Assembly: GCA_044356295.1 (NCBI GenBank)
Contig: JBIKWN010000061.1
Span: 1 to 15,001, forward strand
Length of the DNA: 15,001 nt
Source of the DNA: Bdellovibrionota bacterium
GTDB taxonomy: Bacteria > Bdellovibrionota_C > UBA2361 > JBIKWN01
Direction: 5' to 3'
The notes under the pieces are model-generated. The model worked only from the letters and a program-made list of their open reading frames with translations. It searched no databases and was not told where the DNA came from. How positions within the stretch are numbered: position 1 is the first letter of the stretch; each line of letters begins with the position of its first letter. Shown here piece by piece: positions 6,938 to 15,001 of the stretch. Made by a program: the position numbers and the translations under genes.

Positions 6938-8704
6938 ATGGCGGTAGCGCAAAAAAAGAAACTGTTCGACGGTCGATATGAGATCGTCTCAATCGTAGGG
7001 AGAGGTTCCCGAAGCGTTGTCTATCACGCTAGAAATACTTCTGACAACAACACCGAAGTTGCTCTTAAAGTACTTGTTGAAAATAAAAAAGATAAGATCT
7101 CTCTTACTGAAAAACTAAGAAGAGAAGCACTCGCACTTGTTTCTAGCCATCATCCATCAGTCATTCGATTAGATGATTTTCATTCTGTGGGTGAAATCTG
7201 CTATTTAGCGATGGAGTATGCTCCGGAATCTGATGTAAGAAAGTTTGCTCAAAAAAACAACGGTAAACTATCTGCACATATTGTTCATGACTTACTGCTT
7301 CAAATCGCAGACGGGCTTGACTATATTCACCGCACTGGAATCATCCACAGAGATATTAAACCTGATAATTTACTCGTGGTATCTGAATCACAATTCCGCA
7401 TCGGAGATTTCGGCGTTGCATTTCTTCCTGGAGATCCTGCTGATGCAAAAGATCTAAAAAATGCTGTTGGCACTATGGACTACATGGCACCAGAAGTTTT
7501 AGAGGGAGTTGAATACACGCAACGATCTGATATTTATTCTCTTGGTGTCACTGCATACGAACTGCTTGCTGGAAAAAATCCTTTTGCAACTATATCGATG
7601 GTTGAGCAGATCGAAACGCGTAAGAATTTACCTTCACTGATTTCACTCTTCCCAGATGTGCCGCTTTACCTCTCTGATATTATTGCCAAAGCGTGTAATT
7701 TTGAGGCAAAAGATCGGTTCCAATCTGCACGAGAAATTGTTCAATCTCTAAAATCTAAAAAAACGACAACCGCATCGACAACGACAAAAGCGATTTCTCC
7801 GAATCGAAACCAACCAAAACTAACTGTGGTTCCTGGCAATCAAAATCCAACGACTGAGATTCCTAAGAAAAATTCGCAGATTGAACTCCAAGAAGATGCT
7901 ACCGAGAGTAAATTACTGCAAGATTTTGTTGAAAAACCTGTAAATCCCTCACAAACTCCACTTTCTACTGAATCATCTGATGAGTCAGAACAGATAAGTG
8001 ATAAGAATATGGAAGGAGCAATTGCACTAAAAGATAGCCGTCACAGTCGAACACCGACTGTTTTTATCAGCAAAGAGTCTGTTGCAAAAGTTCGTGAAGA
8101 TAATCTTGTTGATGTTAAGCAACCTTCTCAAAGAAAAATCAAAGGTGCACAATCTCAGATTCGACGAAATGGAGTTCCTATTTTCAATATCTCTGAAGAA
8201 TTTGTTCGTATTAGTTCAGGGCTCAGCAATAGTGCAATTTTGGTAATTGCCTTTACTGTATTTTTCTCAACATTCCTTACGATTAAATTATTGAGAAATA
8301 ATTCTTCGAGTGAAAATCAGATGTCGGTTGCTTCAAATGCATCAGGAAGCCTTGTTGAAGAAAATGGGCTTGTACCTACATACAATGGGACTGATCTAGT
8401 GTTTCCTGCCCTACCGACTGGTGTATATAGCGGTTCAATCTCGGGCATAATCGGCTCTACACCGATGCCGCTCACTATTATTAGTTTTGCAAATAAAGGT
8501 AAATTAGCTGTTATTGTTGGAGCTGATGGTTTCAATCCAAGTGTGGTTGAGATACAGGACAAAGCTGAAACGATTAAAGTTATCGCTAATGGCTATATTG
8601 TTGAGCTCAGTGGCAGTTCTAACAATGGCATTATCGAAGGAACAGCAAAAAACTTAGTCAGTGGCACAAACGGGTCTTTCAAGTTACGCCCATCTTCGAC
8701 ATAA
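6938..8704 (+). CDS. Transmembrane Hanks-type serine/threonine protein kinase (588 aa)
   Basis: N-terminal kinase domain: GRGSRSVVY, VALK, helix-C Glu (RREA), HRDIKPDN, DFG, GTMDYMAPE, SDIYSLG. Then a low-complexity T/S/E/Q linker, one hydrophobic segment AILVIAFTVFFSTFLTIKLL (~8234-8293) and a ~135-aa G/S-rich, beta-type C-terminal domain. Confidence 0.95.
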   Translation: MAVAQKKKLFDGRYEIVSIVGRGSRSVVYHARNTSDNNTEVALKVLVENKKDKISLTEKLRREALALVSSHHPSVIRLDDFHSVGEICYLAMEYAPESDVRKFAQKNNGKLSAHIVHDLLLQIADGLDYIHRTGIIHRDIKPDNLLVVSESQFRIGDFGVAFLPGDPADAKDLKNAVGTMDYMAPEVLEGVEYTQRSDIYSLGVTAYELLAGKNPFATISMVEQIETRKNLPSLISLFPDVPLYLSDIIAKACNFEAKDRFQSAREIVQSLKSKKTTTASTTTKAISPNRNQPKLTVVPGNQNPTTEIPKKNSQIELQEDATESKLLQDFVEKPVNPSQTPLSTESSDESEQISDKNMEGAIALKDSRHSRTPTVFISKESVAKVREDNLVDVKQPSQRKIKGAQSQIRRNGVPIFNISEEFVRISSGLSNSAILVIAFTVFFSTFLTIKLLRNNSSSENQMSVASNASGSLVEENGLVPTYNGTDLVFPALPTGVYSGSISGIIGSTPMPLTIISFANKGKLAVIVGADGFNPSVVEIQDKAETIKVIANGYIVELSGSSNNGIIEGTAKNLVSGTNGSFKLRPSST

Positions 8705-8714
8705 TTTCCAAATC

Positions 8715-9314
8715 GTGTTTCAAACTAAGAATCAATTCACTCGGCTCTCTTGCCAAATCTTATGGCTCGTTACTGTAATAATCGTTACTGCCCACGCCTA
8801 TGCCCAACCGTCCGAAGTACCTACCGTTCCAACCATAAAGATTCAATATACACACGTTCAACCTAATGTCGACGTACTACCAACTCCAGGACTTCCTTTG
8901 ACTCTTACCATTCAAATGAATAAAGAAGTTTTAAGTGTCGGCATGAAAGTGCGCGGCATTATTACAAGAGACGGTGTTCTTACCGAAGTGCAAGATCAAG
9001 AACCAAGGTTTGATGCCATGGAGAAGGTTTACTTTGATCTTGAGATACCTTCACCACTTGCAGAAGTGAGTTATCAATTTGTCTTTACTGATAAAAGTGG
9101 AAATTCAGTTACAACACGCAGGTACCAATTAACGAGAAAATGTATCCCAAATGTAACCGGTGGAGCCATTATCCCTGATGGTCAGGAACAAGTAACAAAA
9201 GACGATGCTCGAGAATTAAAAGAATCAGCAGATAGGTTAGATGAAGAGATTCAACTTTATGAAAAAGTATCTCAATCATTAAGTCTTATACAGGAGGCAA
9301 TCGACAAAAAATGA
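8715..9314 (+). CDS. Hypothetical exported protein (~199 aa): signal peptide, beta-rich domain, C-terminal coiled-coil-like helix
   Basis: GTG 8715, 10 nt after the kinase stop, preferred to 8661. Hydrophobic ILWLVTVIIVTAHAYA|Q fits a signal peptidase I site; heptad-like tail ARELKESADRLDEEIQLYEKVSQSLSLIQEAI. Confidence 0.8.
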   Translation: MFQTKNQFTRLSCQILWLVTVIIVTAHAYAQPSEVPTVPTIKIQYTHVQPNVDVLPTPGLPLTLTIQMNKEVLSVGMKVRGIITRDGVLTEVQDQEPRFDAMEKVYFDLEIPSPLAEVSYQFVFTDKSGNSVTTRRYQLTRKCIPNVTGGAIIPDGQEQVTKDDARELKESADRLDEEIQLYEKVSQSLSLIQEAIDKK

Positions 9315-9973
9315 TCGTCTCAAATCGTATATTCCAAATTCAGATGAAGCATGTTTTCGTAAAGTTAGGTTTCGGTATTTGTTTTATTGTTGCTTCTTCT
9401 TTATTCGTTGTATCTGGTGTTACCGCAGAAGATCGAGAGATTAGTTTTCAGGTCGCAACTTCAATAGCGCCTCTGTCAGGTCTAGGACTTGTCATGAATG
9501 CTCAGGATACAAAGACTTTTTCCACTGTCGATATAAAACCTGTCAAAGATGGTGTTTATCTTGCGAAGTTTAAAATTCCAGAATCCCTTATCTCCAAAGA
9601 AACCTTGGCTTCTGTTGTAATTTTTTCAAGTGATGGACAGATGGCATTTTCAACTGTGCAACAGCTGCAAAGCGCACTGTTTAACCTTCCTCCTAAATGC
9701 TCAAAAAAAGATACGGTGGTTCTTTCATCGCAAAACCAAGTTGGGGTGCTGCAAAGCCTTGTGACCATACGAGGCGCTAGAAGAGATACTGCAAAGGCAA
9801 AAGTGGATCAACAATTAAATTCAAATTACATCGAACGATTAAAAAAACTTGAAAAAGGTTTTGGTTTACCTGCTAATCCTGAACTCTCGGCAGAGATTCC
9901 TCCTGCGGATCTGATTGAACGACTGAGCCGTATTTTAAACGCTGTACGAAATTACCGCTCAAATAAAAAATGA
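9311..9973 (+). CDS. Hypothetical exported or membrane-anchored protein (220 aa; alternative start 9344)
   Basis: ATGA overlaps with both neighbours; hydrophobic N-terminus GFGICFIVASSLFVVSGVTA|E; beta-rich middle; helical, basic C-terminus. Confidence 0.82.
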   Translation: MIVSNRIFQIQMKHVFVKLGFGICFIVASSLFVVSGVTAEDREISFQVATSIAPLSGLGLVMNAQDTKTFSTVDIKPVKDGVYLAKFKIPESLISKETLASVVIFSSDGQMAFSTVQQLQSALFNLPPKCSKKDTVVLSSQNQVGVLQSLVTIRGARRDTAKAKVDQQLNSNYIERLKKLEKGFGLPANPELSAEIPPADLIERLSRILNAVRNYRSNKK

Positions 9974-10899
9974 GTGCTCCTACAAGAGATCTTTCTGACG
10001 CATTTTACAGTCATCATTATCGTTTTGCTTTATATAACGGTGGAACACTTTTTACTCGATTAAGAGAGCTTTTACCTGATAAGGAAGAAAGATATTCATG
10101 GGAAGAACGTGCATCCCTTGGTGGTATCTATATAAATGGTCTAGTTGCAATTCATGACCAGCTACTTCCTACCCCTGCATTAGTTGAATACTACGAACCA
10201 AAATTCCCTCTTGATGATATCTATCAATTTTATCCTTCGTTTGATCCGAAGTGGATAGTTTATGAAGATGATTATCTGCTTGCATGTAATAAACCATCAA
10301 GACTTCCGACGATGCCAGCAAAAGAGCAAAACAAATGTAGCCTTCGAAAATATCTTGATGACTATGTTGGAGCGCCAGTTCACTGCCCTTCTCGACTTGA
10401 TATGTCGACTCAGGGGCTGGTGATTGTAAGTAAAAAACCAGAGAGTCATGGACTACTACAAAAATTATTCGAACAAAAAAAAATACAGAAGCAGTATCTT
10501 TTTTTAACTCATAAAAAACCTGATTGGGAAAATATCGTTGTTAGAGATCCAATTGGAAAAACAGATGAACATCCTGTGCTCCGTGTTATAAACGGCAAAG
10601 ATGCCAAAAGTGCTGAAACCGAATTTACATTTTTAAAGACTCACGACTTTATTGATGCCAATGGTATTCAACACAGTGGATCTTTGATTAAAGCATCCCC
10701 AAAAACAGGAAGGACTCATCAAATTAGAATTCACGCGGCATCAATTGATTTACCCATCGTTGGTGATAAGTTTTATGGGTCTGTGCCATTTGACTGTTTA
10801 ACATTACTAAGTTTTCGATTAGATTTTATTCATCCTATTTATGAGAAAGAGATTACTATAGAGATTCCCAAAAGTTTTTTTCCACTCTGGGCTGACTAA
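9970..10899 (+). CDS. RluA/RluC/RluD-family RNA pseudouridine synthase (divergent motifs)
   Basis: IVYEDDYLLACNKP, catalytic SRLDMSTQGL, KQY, GKDAKSAETEF, TGRTHQIRIH, PIVGDKFYG, FIHP; S4-like N-terminal remnant (GGIYINGL). Confidence 0.93.
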   Translation: MSAPTRDLSDAFYSHHYRFALYNGGTLFTRLRELLPDKEERYSWEERASLGGIYINGLVAIHDQLLPTPALVEYYEPKFPLDDIYQFYPSFDPKWIVYEDDYLLACNKPSRLPTMPAKEQNKCSLRKYLDDYVGAPVHCPSRLDMSTQGLVIVSKKPESHGLLQKLFEQKKIQKQYLFLTHKKPDWENIVVRDPIGKTDEHPVLRVINGKDAKSAETEFTFLKTHDFIDANGIQHSGSLIKASPKTGRTHQIRIHAASIDLPIVGDKFYGSVPFDCLTLLSFRLDFIHPIYEKEITIEIPKSFFPLWAD

Positions 10900-10950
10900 T
10901 TTTAAGCCTCAATTTCCCCATTATTCCTCCCCTTTAGCCCCTCGAGTTAC

Positions 10951-10962
10951 TGTGCTATAAAT
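10951..10962 (+). promoter_or_regulatory. Candidate extended -10 promoter (TGTG-C-TATAAAT) of the lpdA operon
   Basis: TGn-TATAAA about 40 nt before ATG 11002; RBS-like AGGA at 10988-10991. Confidence 0.45.
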
Positions 10963-11001
10963 CACCAGTCTTTTTCGTTTAATTTGTAGGATATCGTAGA
11001 C

Positions 11002-12396
11002 ATGACTGAAGCTCGTGATTTAATCGTTTTGGGATCTGGACCTGGTGGATATGTAGCAGCAATTCGTGCAGCACAGTTAGGAAGAAAAGTTACAATCATT
11101 GAGCGTGAAGCTCTTGGTGGTGTTTGCCTTAACTGGGGATGTATCCCTTCAAAAGCGCTTCTCAAATCTGCGCAGCTTTATCACGATATGCATCGTGCTG
11201 CTGAATTTGGTTTTGAAACTGGTTCATTGAAATTTGATTTCTCAAAAATAATCGGTCGTTCACGTGATGTTGCCGGAAAACTTTCTGGTGGTGTCGCGTT
11301 TTTGATGAAGAAAAATAAAGTTGAAGTCATCTACGGAAACGGAACCTTAAAGAAAGGTAACGTTGTAAGTGTTACTGATGCATCAAATAAAACTACTGAT
11401 TACGGATTTAAAGATATTATTATTGCAACAGGTGCTAGACCTCGCCTTATCCCTGGTGTTGAAGCAGACGGAAAAGCAATTCATGTTTCAAGAACTATTT
11501 TGGAAAATAAAGAACATCCGAAAAAACTTCTTGTGATTGGTGCAGGTGCGATTGGTATGGAGTTTGCCTACTTTTTTAATTCACTAGGTAGCGAAGTAAC
11601 TGTTGTTGAAATGTTAGATCAGATTCTTCCAGTAGAAGATCATGAGATCGCAAAATCTCTTGAAACAATCTACCTCAAAAAAGGGATGAAAATCTTCACC
11701 TCTACAGCAGTGAGCGATATTAAAAAAACAGCAACTGGTGCTACTGCTAAACTGAAAGGTCCTAAAGGTGAAGAAGCTTGGACTGGAGATAAAATCCTTG
11801 TTGCAATCGGCGTCGTTCCTAATACAGAAAATATCGGATTAGAAACCGTTGGCATTAAAGCTGATCGCGGATTTATTACCGTCGATCCTTTTATGAAAAC
11901 AAATGTTCCAAATCACTATGCGATTGGAGATTGTACGGGACGACAACTCCTTGCACACAAAGCAAGTCATGAAGGTCTTGTTGCTGCTGAATCTGCTTGC
12001 GGTAAAGCAAAACATGGAATGCATTATGACAACATCGCAGGATGTACGTATTGCCAACCTCAAGTTGCTTCCGTTGGACTTACTGAGAAACAAGCAAAAG
12101 AGAAAGGACTTAAATATAAAGTTGGCAAAATGCCTTTCTCTGCAATTGGTAAAGCAATTGCAATTGGTGAGCCTGAAGGTATGTGCAAAGTGATAATCGA
12201 TGAAGATGTTGGCGAAGTACTCGGTGTCCACATTCTTCATTCAGAAGCGACAGAACTTATCACTGAAGCATCAATCATCCGTTCACATGAAGGCATTGCT
12301 GCAAGTGTTCTTGATACAGTGCATCCTCACCCTACTCTTTCAGAATCTATGGCAGAAGCTATGGCAATCGCTATGGGTCGTCCGATAAACTTCTAA
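11002..12396 (+). CDS. lpdA: Dihydrolipoyl dehydrogenase (E3)
   Basis: GSGPGGYVAAIRAAQLG, redox-active GGVCLNWGCIPSK, NAD-binding GAGAIG, YAIGD, LAHKA, C-terminal HPHPTLSE. Confidence 0.98.
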   Translation: MTEARDLIVLGSGPGGYVAAIRAAQLGRKVTIIEREALGGVCLNWGCIPSKALLKSAQLYHDMHRAAEFGFETGSLKFDFSKIIGRSRDVAGKLSGGVAFLMKKNKVEVIYGNGTLKKGNVVSVTDASNKTTDYGFKDIIIATGARPRLIPGVEADGKAIHVSRTILENKEHPKKLLVIGAGAIGMEFAYFFNSLGSEVTVVEMLDQILPVEDHEIAKSLETIYLKKGMKIFTSTAVSDIKKTATGATAKLKGPKGEEAWTGDKILVAIGVVPNTENIGLETVGIKADRGFITVDPFMKTNVPNHYAIGDCTGRQLLAHKASHEGLVAAESACGKAKHGMHYDNIAGCTYCQPQVASVGLTEKQAKEKGLKYKVGKMPFSAIGKAIAIGEPEGMCKVIIDEDVGEVLGVHILHSEATELITEASIIRSHEGIAASVLDTVHPHPTLSESMAEAMAIAMGRPINF

Positions 12397-12426
12397 CAAT
12401 AAATAACATATTAAAAAAGTACCCAC

Positions 12427-13071
12427 ATGAATCCAGAAACACTGATAGAAAAACTAAATGCTCGTTACGCTTGTAAAAAATTTGATGAAACAAAAAAAAT
12501 AAGTGATGTAACGTGGAATGCATTAGAAGAAGCTATGCGGCTTACTCCTTCGTCGTTTGGTCTTCAACCTTGGAAGTTTATCGTCGTCAAAGATGCATCG
12601 CTTCGAAGTACGCTTCGCAAACATTCATGGAATCAAAATCAGATTGAAACTGCTTCACATCTTTTAGTCATTGCGACCAAAACTGATATGACTGCAAAAG
12701 ATGTTGATAGTTTTCTTGAAGAAATAGCTCACACACGAAATATTCCTGTTCAAGCACTGACTGAATACGGAAATATGATGAAAGGATTTATCGGTAATTT
12801 TGGTGATAATAAGGAAGCTGTTCAAACATGGACTGCTAAACAAGGATATATTGCTCTTGGTTTCCTACTTGAATCAGCAGCAATTCTAGATCTTGATGCT
12901 TGTCCAATGGAAGGCTTTGATGCTGCTCAGTATAACGAACTGCTTGGGCTGAATAACTCTGGCTTTACTGCTACAGTTGTTTGTACCGTCGGCTACCGTG
13001 CGAGTGATGATGCAACTTCTAGCTACAAAAAAGTGCGCTTCAATAAAGAGAAGGTCATTGAATATCGATAA
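12427..13071 (+). CDS. Nitroreductase-family NAD(P)H-dependent flavin oxidoreductase (NfsB/NfnB-like)
   Basis: RYACKKFD, LTPSSFGLQPWKFIVV, SWNQNQ, KQGYIALG, DACPMEGFD, VGYR, KVRF. Confidence 0.95.
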   Translation: MNPETLIEKLNARYACKKFDETKKISDVTWNALEEAMRLTPSSFGLQPWKFIVVKDASLRSTLRKHSWNQNQIETASHLLVIATKTDMTAKDVDSFLEEIAHTRNIPVQALTEYGNMMKGFIGNFGDNKEAVQTWTAKQGYIALGFLLESAAILDLDACPMEGFDAAQYNELLGLNNSGFTATVVCTVGYRASDDATSSYKKVRFNKEKVIEYR

Positions 13072-13726
13072 CAGTTCGTTTGAACTCAACTTTATAGACC
13101 TTGGATTAACTTCATACAAAGAAGTATGGGAACTACAAAAAGATCTTCAAAAAAAATTGATTGAAGGAACGGGTCAGCAAACAATTCTTTTTTGTGAACA
13201 TCATCCAGTAATTACTTTCGGCAAAGGAGCGAAAGATGAAAATTTACTTGTTAGTGATGAAGTTTTAAAACAACAAGGGGTCGAACTGTTTAAAATTGAG
13301 CGCGGCGGAGACGTTACCTTTCATGGACTTGGTCAATTAGTGGTCTACCCTATTCTCAATCTGAACCTCTATAAACGGGATGTTGGGTGGTATATGAGGA
13401 CTTTGGAGGACTGTATCATTTCTGTACTATCGAAATTTTCGATTTCTGCCTGCAAAATTGAGGGTAAAACTGGAGTCTGGATAAAGAACCGTAAAATTGC
13501 TTCAATTGGCGTGCGACTTTCAAGGTGGTGCTCGATGCACGGGCTTAGTCTAAACGTATTATCAGAACTTTCTGGTTATCGTTTAATTAATCCTTGTGGG
13601 TTTAGTGACATTGAAATGACGTCTATGATTGCAGAAAATCCAATCCTTAACGTCGAAGCTATCATGAATGATGTAAAAAAAATGATGCAAGAACAGTTAA
13701 CTGATCTTTTTAAAGAAAAACTATGA
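13058..13726 (+). CDS. lipB: Lipoyl(octanoyl) transferase LipB
   Basis: CEHHPVITFG, ERGGDVTFHGLGQLVVYPI, TGVW, RKIASIG, HGLSLNV, INPCG. Start set at TTG 13058 (AGAGAAGG upstream, 14-nt overlap with the nitroreductase end) rather than 12977. Confidence 0.95.
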   Translation: MNIDNSSFELNFIDLGLTSYKEVWELQKDLQKKLIEGTGQQTILFCEHHPVITFGKGAKDENLLVSDEVLKQQGVELFKIERGGDVTFHGLGQLVVYPILNLNLYKRDVGWYMRTLEDCIISVLSKFSISACKIEGKTGVWIKNRKIASIGVRLSRWCSMHGLSLNVLSELSGYRLINPCGFSDIEMTSMIAENPILNVEAIMNDVKKMMQEQLTDLFKEKL

Positions 13727-15001
13727 ATATTGCGGCAGCAGAAGTAAATACTCGTATGGTTCAGAAAAAAACAGCTACAAATAATTCAACGGCTATTTCA
13801 GCTGAGGTCTATCTTAAGAGCTATCAATTAATGTATCGCTCTCGAGTTTTAGATAACAAATCTATAACGCTCTACAAACAGAATAAATGTCACTTCCAGA
13901 TCGGTGTTGCAGGACATGAGTGTATTCAAGTTGCATTGGGGCAGCATTTTGAAGCTGGAAAAGATTGGTTTTATCCGTACTACCGAGAGATGGCACTGTG
14001 CGCAACACTTGGCATGACTGACGAAGAATTCATGATGATGTGCATGAATAAAAAAGGTGACCCGAATTCACATGGCCGCATGATGCCGATGCACTATGGT
14101 CATAAAAAACTTAATATCCCTCAACAAAGCTCCCCTACAGGCACACAATTTCTGCAAGCAGTTGGCGTTGCACTTGGTGCAAGACATCTTAAATCGAATG
14201 AAATTGTATATGTGTCATCTGGTGAAGGGACTTGTAGCCAAGGTGACTTTCATGAAGCACTGAGCTGGGCATCACGTGAAAAACTTCCAGTACTTTTCTG
14301 TATTCAGAACAATAATTATGCGATATCTGTTCATGTTAGTGAGCAACTCGGGGCTAAATCTGTTTACGATTTAACTGCAGGATACGAAAACTTAACCCGG
14401 TACTCAGTCGATGGAACTGACTTTGATCAGTGTTATAACCTTGGGGAAAAAGCAGTTGCAGATCTTCGTGCTGGGAAAGGTCCAGTTCTTATTGAAGCAC
14501 ATGTTGCAAGACTTCAGAGCCACTCTATCTCTGATGATCAGAAAAAATATATCGAAAAAGATGTGCTCGCTGAAATTGGAAAGCAGTGCCCTGTTGCAAA
14601 ACTTCGAAAATTCTTAATTAAAGAAAAAATCGTTTCAGAAAAAGATCTTGATGGTATCGAAGAAAAAATTCGTACTGCAGTCGATACAGCAGCAGATACT
14701 GCTGAAGCATCCCCTGACTGCTCTGCTGAAGAAGCGGAAACTTTTAACTATGTAAATCCTGATCCGAGCTCCCTCTTCACCGAAAATGAACCAACCGGAG
14801 AAGAAACCTATCTAGTAGATGCATTAAATCACGCACTCGATGAGGAATTAAGTCGCAATAAAAATATGCTCGTCTTTGGACAGGATGTCGCACACGGTAA
14901 AGGTGGTGTTTTTACTGTTACCAGTGGGCTAACTAAAAAACACGGGAAAAATCGTGTCTTTAATGCCCCACTAGCTGAAAGTTCGATCGCTGGAGTTGCT
15001 G
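13723..15001 (+). CDS. Fused E1 alpha/beta 2-oxoacid (probably branched-chain/2-oxoisovalerate) dehydrogenase; runs off the window
   Basis: Not in the ORF track; translated by hand from ATG 13723 (ATGA overlap with lipB). Alpha part: AGHE, DWFYPYYRE, SSPTGTQFLQAVG, TPP motif GEG(14221)...QNNNYAIS, SHSISDD. Continues without a stop into beta motifs VDALNHAL, FGQDV, KGGVF, RVFNAPLAESSI. Confidence 0.95.
   Translation, partial: MNIAAAEVNTRMVQKKTATNNSTAISAEVYLKSYQLMYRSRVLDNKSITLYKQNKCHFQIGVAGHECIQVALGQHFEAGKDWFYPYYREMALCATLGMTDEEFMMMCMNKKGDPNSHGRMMPMHYGHKKLNIPQQSSPTGTQFLQAVGVALGARHLKSNEIVYVSSGEGTCSQGDFHEALSWASREKLPVLFCIQNNNYAISVHVSEQLGAKSVYDLTAGYENLTRYSVDGTDFDQCYNLGEKAVADLRAGKGPVLIEAHVARLQSHSISDDQKKYIEKDVLAEIGKQCPVAKLRKFLIKEKIVSEKDLDGIEEKIRTAVDTAADTAEASPDCSAEEAETFNYVNPDPSSLFTENEPTGEETYLVDALNHALDEELSRNKNMLVFGQDVAHGKGGVFTVTSGLTKKHGKNRVFNAPLAESSIAGVA

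Noticed and set aside
7808..7837. Kinase linker NQPKLTVVPG resembling an SspB-type ClpX-binding motif
   Set aside because: Too short and degenerate to support without conservation data.
4513..10483. A9 homopolymers (4513-4521, 10475-10483) as phase-variation or frameshift sites
   Set aside because: In-frame Lys-rich codons in intact genes; expected in an AT-rich genome.
5651..14617. Remaining short ORFs (5651-5845, 7245-7457, 8317-8562, 9556-9768, 10962-11165, 11670-11855, 11839-12240, 11903-12193, 12200-12388, 12886-13119, 14411-14617)
   Set aside because: Antisense or alternate-frame shadows of longer, better-supported genes, with no independent support.

Overview
AT-rich bacterial chromosomal window, standard genetic code, densely coding. 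No rRNA, tRNA, CRISPR array or transposase was recognised. Left end, minus strand: an sbcD/mre11-sbcC/rad50 pair; the Rad50 runs off the window and is unusually short. Plus strand, in order: an orphan ORF, a short/branched-chain acyl-CoA dehydrogenase that looks leaderless, a second orphan ORF and a DinB-family protein. A structured intergenic region follows (6599-6937). It holds a 28-bp-arm hairpin built from 9-nt tandem units, nested in a second inverted repeat, then a perfect 10-5-10 operator-like palindrome and an extended -10 box. Next is a tightly coupled four-gene unit: a transmembrane Hanks-type Ser/Thr kinase, two unknown exported proteins with similar architecture, and a divergent RluA-family pseudouridine synthase. 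The window ends with a 2-oxoacid dehydrogenase operon (lpdA, nitroreductase, lipB, fused E1 alpha-beta, truncated by the edge). The best candidates for undescribed biology are the kinase/exported pair/RluA unit and the 9-mer hairpin element upstream of it. All calls come from reading the sequence and recognising motifs; no searches were run.
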